Shown here in pieces: positions 39,860-51,346 of a stretch of DNA of 64,000 nucleotides. Position numbers and translations under genes: made by a program. Under the pieces are notes generated by a model, which ran no database searches, was not told the DNA's origin, and saw only the letters and a program-made list of their open reading frames with translations. Source of the DNA: Raillietiella orientalis (taxonomy: Eukaryota); the NCBI GenBank assembly GCA_036172245.1, contig JAYWIR010000013.1:186001-250000 (forward strand). Direction: 5' to 3'. Within the stretch, counting starts at the first letter, position 1. Each line of letters begins with the position of its first letter.

Positions 39860-41300
39860 TCAGGATTCCAGGGAATTCTCTCTCGTTTCCAATTGGTTCC
39901 CTGTCCGGCTTAACACGCTTTCATTGAGTGCTGCTGAGGTGCCGTTTTGGAGACCCATATTTACGGATCTCCATCGGTTGTGATGAGCATCGCTCTCAGT
40001 GTCCAGAATGATCCTGTTCGTCACGATAGCCATCTCGTTGCCGCCATCCGTCATTGCTGGAGTGCTCACGGAATGTCCTTGCAAGTCAGGATATAGCGAA
40101 GTTCGCCCTTTAACGAAAACTTATTCACCCGTCTCGACCCGTCTCCTCAATAAACATGAATTCCTGAGGGACCTTTCCATTCTATCGGACCCCTAATTCG
40201 TCATAGGCATTTGGTTTTATCATTGAGAAGATCCGTAATTGGCATCAGAATTACATGCGGAGGGAACTTTGGCCAACCCTGCACCACTGCACCGCTCTCT
40301 CTCGCTACCACGCCTGCGGGTACAGCAAGGGATCACCTGCTTCACACCTCGCGAAACACTGGGCCACCCTATTTTATTTTCCCCGAGACGTAATCGGGAA
40401 CAGTTTGTTCTCAATCCGAAACGCCCTTCTCGTTGCTTGGCGAGCTCGGAATGTCTTTGTCGACGGCCTTTGCGTTGTCGACATCGAGGCGACCCTTCGC
40501 CACTTCACGGCCCTGCGTCCCGTTGCTGTCCTGGACACGAGCAAGCCGTCGCAACGAGACCCCCACTGTTCTAACCTCACACGGTGTTTTGATGTTTTGG
40601 TGACTCGTCTCGATGACAGCATCATGTTTTAACGGAACGTCTTGTCAGTATCAGGCGATCCTGGAATTTCTGGAATCTTAGAGACATTCTTCAAGGAAAC
40701 TTCACGTGGGGTCCTTGAGCACTGCAAAATTCCATCAATTCTTTCCTTCATGAATTTTCTTTCCTGACCAGAAATGTGTCCAGACACGCGTAATCATTGC
40801 TGTTGTGATCTGCCAGCTGTTTTTCCGGAGGACCTTCAACGCTGGGGACCTCCCCTCTTCTTAGCAAATGCAAAGAGATCGAAGAACACATGTATGCTTT
40901 TTCCAGAGACGGTATTCTTAGTGTACGTTGCCGATCGTAACTTTACGCTGCTTCACCTTTTTTTTTTCTCCCTCCACGTTGAACAACAGCGGACACGATC
41001 GCGCATGCGCATCGAATGTCCCTGACATTCCTAAGTGCTTTTCTTCTAAATGCTTCGCTTCCTGTCCAACATTGACACCTTTCTCTAAGACCTAGGATAC
41101 TTTTTCCATGGATTGTCGACCAAAGACGGAGAGATTAATTTTTTTTTAGGTCGTTCCAGAAGCGGCACTACCAGCTCCAATGCTTCGAGAACACGATGGG
41201 GTGATGGACTGAGGTGCTTTTGATGAAAGACACCGTTCTTCAGTTAACTTGAGCCAGCCTCCTAGTCTCTTCCCTTTTGAGTCTCGAAAGTGCCGTATCG
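39860..41300 (-). mobile_element. BEL/Pao-like LTR retrotransposon remnant (RNase H/integrase)
   Basis: Minus-strand peptides appear in BEL/Pao order: SKAP..LELVVPLL (AKSRVAP..RLEL), DGLLVSR, GWPSVSRGVKQVIPCCTRRR (W..GR..VK.VI..C..C), QNGT (SDNGT). Confidence 0.4.
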
Positions 41301-43379
41301 ACTCGAAAACACGGGGACTGCATCTGTGAAAGGAAAACATGAGCGTTAGCTTGCTCTGAAACGCTTTTAAAAGCGCCTCTTTTCTCAGACTCATTCGCAA
41401 ATGTATTCAAACTGGGCAGTGCAATGAACACAAGATGTTTTAGTGCTCCAACATGGACACTTTTAAAAAACTTTCTTTTAGAGAAAACTGATCTTAGAAC
41501 TTGGTTCTGATGAGCAAGACGTAACGCTTAGTTTTCTCATCTGCTCCATTCGAGTGAGCAAACGATATCCAAGCCGTTTTTTTAAAAAAAAAAAAAAAAA
41601 AAAACAGAATGAGCCCTTCTATGTGTAGTTGTACAACCAGAAATAGACCAAAGCTCCAAAACTTGAGAACGTGTTTTGGAAAACGCATTATCCCTTCTGC
41701 TTGAATCCACCTTTTGCGAGATCCTTTCACAGCTATTCCAGAAGATTTGCAACCTCTAGAGAAACCAAAGATGTTGTTGCGGAATCGGCCCGCGCTCCTA
41801 AGACTTCAGTTTTCGGTTTCGGCTCTCCACGTCAGCATGTCGTTCTCCCTTGGAATGCCTCCTACAAATGCCCTCGCGACCCAAACGCCGGCAAACAAAT
41901 TTCCGATGAATCATGCAGTTGCCAAGCAAGATTATGGAGCACTCATAATGCATGTGTTGATAATGTACTCAACGTCATGAAAACTGATTGCATACTTCAA
42001 CAGTCGACTGGTGCGTTTAAGTGCACACACAGAATCACTCTTAGCTGTGCTCCCGACAATTTCAGATTCAAAATGAGAGCTACCCCAAGCCCACTTATCC
42101 TGAGAGCAACCCGACAATCCGACGGTATAACTTTAGAGAGGTAGCCCCAAGTCTTCCCTTCGGCATCGAAAACTCTCCGGGGTGAATTTCATCGTGGAAT
42201 AACAACTCCTCTGCGCCCAAGTATTGATTTCTTTCTAGAAGTACCCTGATGCTGGGCTGAAGAAGAAATGGCAAATCCGCGGCCCTTTCTTCGCCTTTCC
42301 GGAGTCAACGCCCTCCTACGCACCGGTACGGAATGGAAGCGAAGCTCCGGGGTTTATCCCGGTGATTTCCCTTCCGTGGAGAAACCACTTTGGAAGAGCA
42401 ATCCATGCCCTCCGATTCCAGAGATCAAATCCTTGCACTCATTTCTTCCATATGGCACGGTGGGCGTAGCCACGGAAAACCGATCCTGCCGATGACAGCT
42501 TTCGGCATTCTTGGAGCCAATACTCGACTTGGCTCTCCCTATTCAGTGAGGAAACGGCGAAACAGTTCTTGCAGACAAACACCTGATTCTCATAATGACA
42601 CTGACTCGTAGCAGCAACAGCACTGACCGCCTTGTCGGCTCAGCAGAGCATTAGCTGAAGCGCTTTCTACCTGACCTACTCAGTTATTGGGTCACACATT
42701 TCTGTAAGCCAATGGAACGACCACCACGTGCGTCGTCTTTAGCAAAAACGAACGCAGAAGGCGAGCGTACGGTTTCAGTGCACCTTTCCCTAGTCCCTCC
42801 TTTCAGTGGGAACTGACTTTGCTTTGCGTATGGCTTCAGACACCCGAGGAACGCTTTCGCGCCAGCACATTCCCTCTGATTCCTTACGCTCCAGTTGGTT
42901 TCCGCGATCTCTAAGGTTAGCAGGAACCATAAATGTCTAAACATCATGGAATGTGGAAATCTACCGGGATGTTTTTCTGACGATCCCAACTCCCAAGGAT
43001 TGCTGCGAAGCCCTGGACGCTGATTTCTTCCTCAGTTTAATATGCCCGGACATGTGGCCCTTAGCTACAGTAATTGGAACCTTGATCTTTGGTTCCTCTG
43101 GAAAGCTCCTTGGGATACTGGTGCGTCTTCTCTCTTCGATGCGAGCTTTCCTAAACGCCAGTGTCGCCTCCTACTGCAGAATCGACTTGGTAGGGTTCGA
43201 AAATACTCCGCTTTCCCATCCCCTTTTTCTCGATGGCGTCAAAGATGGAGGAATAAGCCCTTGGACTGTCCCCTGATCTAAGCAGACGGTATTTCCCGCT
43301 TTCTCGCCCATGGGGGGAAGGAAGAGGGGGGAAGGCTTTACCATTTCTGCACGATGATGGGGTTCCCGGTACGAAATGT

Positions 43380-43800
43380 GAATGCCGTGCAGCATTGGCT
43401 GCCTGCGTGGCATTTCCAAGTCACACCGAGTCTGCGTCTCTGTTGTCGCACTGGAGCTCTCCATGGAACGCCCACTGGCATCACTGGACACGGGAGGGCG
43501 TGGGTGCAAACTTCAGCGGGTGCGAGGAACGCGAATCCCTCCCGCTCGTGGACTGCGTTGTCCTGCTGCCCTTGAGAGAACGTTTGGAGACCACGATCCT
43601 CCGGACCCCATGTGGCAACCCCAGGGACACGCTGAAACCCTTTCTTCGCGCGCGACGCATTGCTACTGGGATGTGACGCACTGCCGCAACCCAGCAGCTT
43701 TTGCTGCCTACGCAGGACTGTGGCGGCCTGGATCGACGCCAGAAGAGGAGGAGGCCGCGCCAGGGACGCCATCCACTTCGCCCTACTTTCTTTGTGGAGG
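43380..43800 (+). mobile_element. degenerate Tx1/L1-like C-terminal fragment
   Basis: HW...FSG...LLPLRERL...PCGNPRDTL resembles zf-RVT. Homologous to 19630-20050. Confidence 0.4.
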
Positions 43801-44399
43801 GCAACGAGATGACCCCACTTAATGAACGTGCACGAAGGACTTGCCGGCATCCTCGAGAGGATACAGAGGACGGCCTCCAGCAGGCTGCAATCTCTTTCCA
43901 CATCTTCCAAAGTTCCTTTGTTTATATTCATATTTTTATTTTTATTTTGTTTTGCTGACCCTCTTCCCCTCTGCTGTCGAGGATACCCTCCACGGTCTGA
44001 GCACCTGATTCTCGACAAGCTTCAATAGTCAGGGCGTGGTAGAGCCAATTATTAGGACCACCTTTGCATTGTCTATGTTTAATAAATAAAAAAACCCGTT
44101 AATGATTAATGCGGACCCTGGTGAAAATCCAAGTCACACTGAGGTCTCCCTCACGATCAGAATGCGCGAGACTCTTAGACGAACGCCCTCTACAGGCGGC
44201 TCCAGCTGGTTACCGCTCACCATGACGACCGATCCTCCTGATGAACCCACGCAGAGTGCATCCTCTAGAAACGACGAACCCTCTTCTTGAGGCTGGTCCG
44301 CACTTGAACACCTCGTGCAGCGGGTGCGAAGAACGTGCGATGGAGCGAGAAGGACGGCAGCAAAGAGAGTCGTCCTTTGCACCTCTCTCCGAGGCAGAA

Positions 44400-44752
44400 A
44401 CAGATACACCCTCACATCCGAAGGATCGAAAAAGGTTTCCTGGAACTTCCTCTGGAGTCAGCGCACAGTTTCGGCTGGAATCTTGCACCAGCCCGATTCT
44501 AGGAAAAGGTTTATGTAGTCTCACGAATTCCACTGCAAGCGCCATTCCGACCGCCAGTTTGAATCACCAGCGGCGAATCTGGCGATTCGACTTCCCCTGC
44601 GCAGATGCAGGCTGGCCTGCTGAGGCTCATGGACTCGTGGAACCACCGCCTACTTCCCCGAAAGCGAATCGAACGAGTCGAAGCACCGTACGGTTCTGTC
44701 ACTTGGTCGACACTCGGTCACGCCGGGGGGTTCTTTAAAAAATAAACATACA
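44400..44752 (+). mobile_element. LINE 3' end remnant
   Basis: tcggtcacgccgggggg (44714-44730) is followed by taaaaaataaacataca, the same 17-mer as at 31272. The 5' boundary is uncertain. Confidence 0.45.
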
Positions 44753-44894
44753 GGGAGGCGGCAGGAGAAGTGATCCTGCCATACTACATGGATATACATA
44801 AGGAACCTGCCGAGAATCGGCATGTAGGGTGGCGAGGTTTCCTTCGGCAGCACAGGAGAAGAGAAACAAACAAAAAGAAAAATAAAAGGGAAAA

Positions 44895-44935
44895 TTACAA
44901 AAAAAGCGGGGGGTTTCCCCCCGCTTTTTTTGTAA
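44895..44935. repeat. perfect 19-bp inverted repeat with 3-nt loop
   Basis: ttacaaaaaaagcgggggg-ttt-ccccccgctttttttgtaa. Confidence 0.9.
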
Positions 44936-45159
44936 GGGATCATCGGATACTGGAGGGTGTCCTCTGCATCCAATTGTAAGGATGCCGGCAAGTTCCTGTT
45001 TCACTGCTCCCAGATGGAGCCATCACGACGCTGTCCTTAGGAAGAGGACCACAAAATACATGGCGTCCCTGTCGTCCTGGGCTCCATTGGCTTAGCTCCA
45101 TGCAGCCACGAAGATGGGAGTCGCGCAGAAAGGGGTGTATTAAAATGTTTCTGGCGCTG

Positions 45160-45700
45160 CCGCCGGGGATGGAGCATTCGTAGAAGCCGGAAACCGGATG
45201 CTCCCGTCGACGTCTCGGGGTCGGAAGTCGACCTTCCGGGGTCCTTCCAGGAAGCAAGGAGACGGTTCCTTTCGAGGTTCTTCTCCGGCTGTGAGGAGTA
45301 GAGCTATACCATCGCGTACCATGGAGCTGGTTGATAGCCCCCTAGAAGGGTTGCCTCTCAGGAACGCGCCGCTCCCTTCGGAGAGCGCCTTCCGAGACGT
45401 TTGGAAGCTCTCCTACAGGGCTCTTTTCGAAGGAGGAAGAAACACGGTTCCCTTGCGAAGTTCCCTTCGGAGAAGGAATGAAGAATGGTCCCTTCCAAGG
45501 GGTCCCTCCGGAGAGAATAAGGAAGGGGAGGTTCCCTTTGGAGTCCCCTTCCAAGAGTAAGAGAAACGAACTCCTTTCTCCTCCGGAGATTTCCTGGATC
45601 ATAGGGTGATCCCTCCTTCCGGGGCACCCGGTAACTTGATGAGTTACTACACGCACCCTCGGACGGCGTGGAAGGACGCTTAAAGAGCTTTCTGAGCCTC
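45160..45700 (-). repeat. unclassified dispersed repeat, copy 4 (inverted)
   Basis: Contains gcgtaccatggagctgg near 45314, ggaagcaaggag, gggtgatccctcc and cgcaccctcgg, shared with the other copies. Confidence 0.75.
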
Positions 45701-48199
45701 CAGGCGAACGGTTCCCGAGCACTTAGCGAACCAAGAAGAGAACCCGAGAAGAGATCCAGCCGCTGTCGTGGCCGATGCAAATCCAGTCGGTGGAAAGCAT
45801 TAAAAGAGAAACCACGTGTTTTGAGTGGAAGAGTTGCGCAAGCCTGCAAACCACCTCTCCTCGACTCTTTGAAACCCGGAGTGGAAATGGCGATTTCTTT
45901 GACATGCTGCGTCCAGAGCTCTTTGGAGCTCCACAGGCAGACAATTCTGGCGTGCGACGTCAGCTGGAATCCAGGGAAGAAGGAAAACGCCGAATGAAAC
46001 GTTCTTAATAAGCTGTTCCAGGCAAAAGCCAGATAATAATTCTTGTTAATACAGATAATGATACTGGTTGAAGTTCGCGGTGTTTGCAGAATTCGAGTAC
46101 CTTCTGGTGCAAAGGTGATTCCGCATTTCCTCTTGCAATAGTAATTCCATTCTATTGCGCTGTCGCCCGCATAGTGCGCACTCTTGAATTGGCACCGGAA
46201 CGCACGGACGCCAAATTAACGTATTGGTCGTCACTTAGGTCGGGAGAAGTATCAAAACGAAGAAGATATTGTAAAAGAGCAACAGAGAGACGAAACGAAA
46301 GGGTATCCTTCCTGGATGAGATTTAGGTACTCACGAAAACCACTCCCATTTTTGCGTGTGTCCTGATCGAAGCAGCATCTGTTGCACTGTCAAAACACCG
46401 TACGTTTATAACCAAAGGACTGGAAAAGCCTAGTGACCATTTGGATGGCCGTTTTCATTCCTGGGGGTAGAAAGCCGGCCCAGATTATTCAGCTGAAAGT
46501 ATTTTTCTCATCCGGCATTCTGCAACGAGTTCCGAAGCGGTTGTCCACATTTCGTCCATTTCGTTGTTGGCAAAGACATAAGTTGGTACCCGTGGCATGT
46601 TAGTTTTTAAACTACAGAATTGCACGTGCATCGTTGAAATTATTACAGCAAAATTATTAGGGAAGAGCAATCAATATAAAAGTCAGAGGGCTGTCACTTA
46701 TCGAGAGAAAATTTCAAAGTCGTTATCAATAGAATTAGTGACCGAAAAGAAATTCGTTTCAGAAACTCATCTTCTAGAAGCTCACTGAGGAACCGACATC
46801 CTGGATACACTTTTAAGATGGTTTTATGGATATTTTGCTTCGTAGCTGGATGGATGCAAATCGTAGCTCACAGAAAACATTTCTTACTCCGAGTTCACCT
46901 CCTCACTAAGAGTTCGTTTAAGGGATGTCTTTGAAGGAAAAAATGTCAGCACATTAAAAATTACGATGGCACAGCCAGCTAAAATACCATTTCCGGGGTA
47001 GACTAAAGAATGATTGCTTGACTTGCTGGCTTAATTAATAAATTGTGGACATCTACGAAATGAACAGAAGAACGGTTAATCAGACATGAAAATGTCAAAT
47101 ATCAAAAAAATAGATATAGGAGAGCAGCTATAGAAAGCCAAAAAAAAAGCGGTGCAGGTTCCCAGTAATCAGCAACAAAAAAGGTAACATCACAAGGCTA
47201 ATAAGACAATCGAGCCGCCATTGAGATAGCAAGGGATACCAAACTAACAAAGCATCCACTGAGCATGAGTTTGAGCTTCCACTGCAGAACAATAAGACGA
47301 ACGTAACTGCATGCTTTCGTTTGCTTACATGATACTTTGTGATGCATTCATCTCCCGTCTGAAGCTTCTTTTTCATATTGTCTTACGAGTCGATCCCAGA
47401 ATAACGAACAGGAAAAACGGGAACAAGTAAGAGTTGCAAAATTTCCTTTTTGCCATCCCCTTTTATGCTGCTCACTTTTAAACTTGAGTTTACCTATCTT
47501 GAGTTTCCGATAAATGTTTTTGAACGATTTCTCCATTTCCGCTTTTGTTTTTTCTTTCAAAACACATTTTCTTGAATCAATCACTGTGAAATTACTTTGG
47601 GATGGCCTCTTAAATTTCCTATCGTTCTGATGTTTAGGCATCTTTTTTTTTAAAAAAAAAAGAAAAGAAATGCAATAACTTGGATCTTGTCCATATCTTC
47701 TAAATGCAATACAAAGCAGGTTTGGATTAGCTTGAATACAACTTTTAGGAATGCCACTACATGCCCTTTGTATGTGAGATTTATACGATGGCAAATGTAA
47801 TCTTTATTCTTCCAATCATTTGAAAAGCTCAACTATTTTAGAGATAGGAATTCTTGGATCCCTATGATAAATGTGAATTTATCCATCCTTCTCTTTGAGC
47901 AAAATTTAAAAACAGACTTCACCAGTCTTCCATGAACGCACAATCGAAAACTGCCACATAAGCAAACGAAGTATTTAAAAAAAAGAAGAAGAAAAACACA
48001 CTTTCATTTGACTTTCACACTTGTATCTAAAAATTCAGAGTGGTTTCCATTTCGAGATTGTTTCGGAAGTGTGTGTACGATACTGATGACGTTATACGTC
48101 CTGGAATGCGAAGAAATAAGGAACACTATTTAAACTCTCAACTTCGTGTCTTCTTCGGAGCACAGGGAAGTGTCACGGAAAAATGGACACGAACCCAAT

Positions 48200-48790
48200 C
48201 AGATTGTGTTAATGAACGGAGCTCCTGCAGCTGGTTCTGCTTCAGTGCAGACAAAAGTACTTGGAACAGGAACGGAAAAGAAAAAGAATGCCCCACTTAG
48301 AGAATCACGGATTTCGTACGGGTACCGTTGAAAAAACAGTACACATATGGTGGATATGCCTAAAACTCGCACAGGAAATTTCGTCAACTTCTGAGTGTTT
48401 CGGCCGGCATACCGAGAAAATAGAGAGGTGCACTGCCAGTCAGCGGTCGAGGAGAACGATGACCGTTAGGGACGGACGTCATGGGGCTAATGGCGAAGTG
48501 GGCAGTGCTACACGCGGTGATCGAGATGGCCGTGGTCATGCAGACGGAATAATCCTGGGATCTGGGTGGGTGAATGACGAAACGTCTTCCGCAAATGTGC
48601 AGTTTTCGGATCGGAGACGACAGTCTGAAATGAACATTAAGTTTTTTTTTTCTTCTTCTTTCTCTCTCCCCGCGAGGGGTGTGTTCCATCGAGTGGAAAA
48701 GTGTGCGAGGGAATGCAATCCACGTATTCTGAGGATCCCGGACAATCTCCCGGATGTTTTCCTTCGGAGCATTCCAAATACGAACTTTTT
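48200..48790. mobile_element. possible Penelope-like remnants (RT-like on -, GIY-YIG-like on +)
   Basis: Minus strand: QIPGLFRL / SPRPLTGSAPLYFLG resembles the Penelope P..YGLPK..PLRPI..GSP.Y.L motif. Plus strand: GVFH..C.G..STYSED.G..P....SEH resembles GIY-YIG. Speculative. Confidence 0.22.
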
Positions 48791-51309
48791 GACTTGTTGA
48801 GAAGATTCTGTTGGTGTCGCTCTTTCCCAATAACAGGGCCGCTGGTGGAAGACTTGCAAAATTTTGTGTGCCTTACATTACAACACAACTTAAAAGGAAA
48901 TGTCTATGCGATTAGTAGCATAACGAGACTCCTCGCATTCTTATGTACACATTTTTCATCAGAATGTTGCAGGTGTGATCATCTGCACTCTTCAATTGCC
49001 CCAATGAAACCCACGGGAACCCATAAACGATGCTAACCACTGCTTGTCAGTCACTCAGAGTCACTGCAAGCACCACATCACATGTGCTACAGTGAACGTC
49101 GCAGAAGATGACTGCTAGACTGATGCATTGCTGCCTCAGTGATCGTATCTGGCTGGTAGATTATCACATCGATGCAACTTCACATACTCATCTTTGCACA
49201 ATACTTTGTACTGCAGAAAAAGTGCATGACATTGCAAGCCTCGGAATTCCGAGACCTTTTTTTCAAACACCCTGTGTCGGAAGGCACACTGCAACATAAC
49301 AACAAATATGATCATATAACTCACGAAAGGTGTTCAGTTCCGTGTTCCTACGCATTCTCCTGGATATCTGATTACACAAAAGTTAGTGTTTGCTTAGCAC
49401 ACGGGCCGAAATCCGTAACGATTCGATCAGCACTGAAAGAAACATCGACGAGTCAAAAATTCTACTTGCAGACGAGGCTAAAATACATGCATGATAAGTA
49501 TACTGGGATAAAGCTCAGTTTATGAAACAGGAAATGGTGTGATTGAGTTCAAAGTGTTTGATGAAAGCAAGCAGTTCCCGGAGCACAGAAAGTAGTTCCG
49601 ACACCTCATGTTTTCAAAAATAAATAAATAAATAAATAAAGTGCACGAGGTGCCTTGTATTTCCAAAAAGAAAAAAAAAACATTATTATGGAACATGGCA
49701 AATTGATTCAAAGAGTTCCAGTTAAAAATCTTTAAAAAAAATATTTACTAAGGTTACTGGAATTATGAAAAGTTCTCTGTGACGGAAGCCACTTGACCAA
49801 TTTTAAGAAATCTCCACAGTATTACCAATATACTTCAGCATTTAAAGGCAAACTCCAAAGAAAGCTTTCACACACAACCGAAAGAAACCCCATTTGTATA
49901 CAAAAGCTAAAACCAAGAGGGAGTAATAATTAATTTTTTTTAAAAAAAGGGAGAAATACAGAAGAATGCTTATGAGGGAAATAAATCATAATTAATGACA
50001 AAGTTGCTTTCAAATTCATAATATTGAACTCGCCATTTCCTTTAGAGATAAATTTAAAACTGCGTACCATTGTAAGTAAAACAGTTATTTCTTTCAGGTA
50101 TTCCATGACGTTATCCAAAAGAATATGCTATCATCCAAATATTCAGATAAACAAATGCACTGATTAAAAAAATGAAACAGAACCTTTATTAGGATGTTTA
50201 TCCTAGGAATTTAATTAATCCTAGAACTGAATCTACAGCAAGGCTTCCGCAAATGACACCTGACACCATTTGAGGAATTCGTACGACAATTTTGCTACTT
50301 TTTACTTACCGAAGGCTAAAGACAAAAGACTGAACAAATCTCTGTAGTTTTCAAATATTGCATTAGAAACAGTATCAGTAAATACTCACTTTACTAAATT
50401 TGAAGTTACAAAAAAAAGAGAGAAATTTTCCCAGAAATTTTCCCAGCTCATAGCAAGCACGCTCATAGCAAGGAAATAATATTTAAAAAAATGCTGGCAA
50501 TTGAAATCAGGAGAGTACGAATTGCAAGCCATTAAAAACAGGAAGATAACAAAGATTAGGAATCAGTGGGTTCCATTTAGAAATCAAAAGAGAAGTCAAA
50601 TGTGAAGTCAAAGAGAAGTCAAAGTGTGAATAAATCCATGAAGTCTCCCAGGAGAAAAGAACACATGAGGATCGAAATTCTATTGCGACAGCACTAAGAA
50701 ATACCACAATAGCAACAGCACTATTGCTTTCTTCACACAGAGAGGAACATGAGGCAACAAACCTTTTGAAAACACGAAACTTGGTCATGTTTTAAGCGGA
50801 AAAGAAAAAAAATTTTCTTCATGACTAATTCTCAAATATTACTGAAATCAGTCACCGGTAGCTTTTCGACTATTTCATGGATTGAAATGAATGAAGACTT
50901 GCAGTTGCAGCAGCATAATGACAAGCTTCAAGATAAGTATTCTTTCTATCTGCATGAAGTAATAAGGAACGTTTTGCGAAGGATCTTCTTGATGGCATAA
51001 GAAGAATGCATTTTGAATAAAAGCAAAGCTGGGCAATCGAAAATGAAAGTCTCAGTACGATGCAAACAAGGAAATCAGTCACGAATGGAATTGCACACGC
51101 TCTCCGGGTACACAGATATGCCAGGAAACGGCGATGTTCAGTGGCAAGTGAAAGATCGAGAGGAATGAAAAAGGGACCAATGGATAATCTTTATATTCGC
51201 CACTTTAAGCCTTTTCAAAATAAACACGTATTCAAGAACAATAACATGAAAAAAAACCGGAACAATATCTTCGTGATCTTCACGTCTGCAAGCAAATTGA
51301 GTAGGAAAT

Positions 51310-51346
51310 GTTAACTGAACCTGTGATCTTCACAGGTTCAGTCAAC
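51310..51346. repeat. inverted repeat: 13-bp perfect stem (17 bp with one mismatch), 3-nt loop
   Basis: gttaactgaacctgtga-tct-tcacaggttcagtcaac. Confidence 0.85.

Noticed and set aside
42200..43200. Possible copia gag/integrase traces on the - strand
   Set aside because: The similarity is too weak to call without a profile search.
50421..50630. Short tandem duplications (agaaattttccc x2, gctcatagcaag x2, repeated gaagtcaaa)
   Set aside because: Ordinary replication slippage products.
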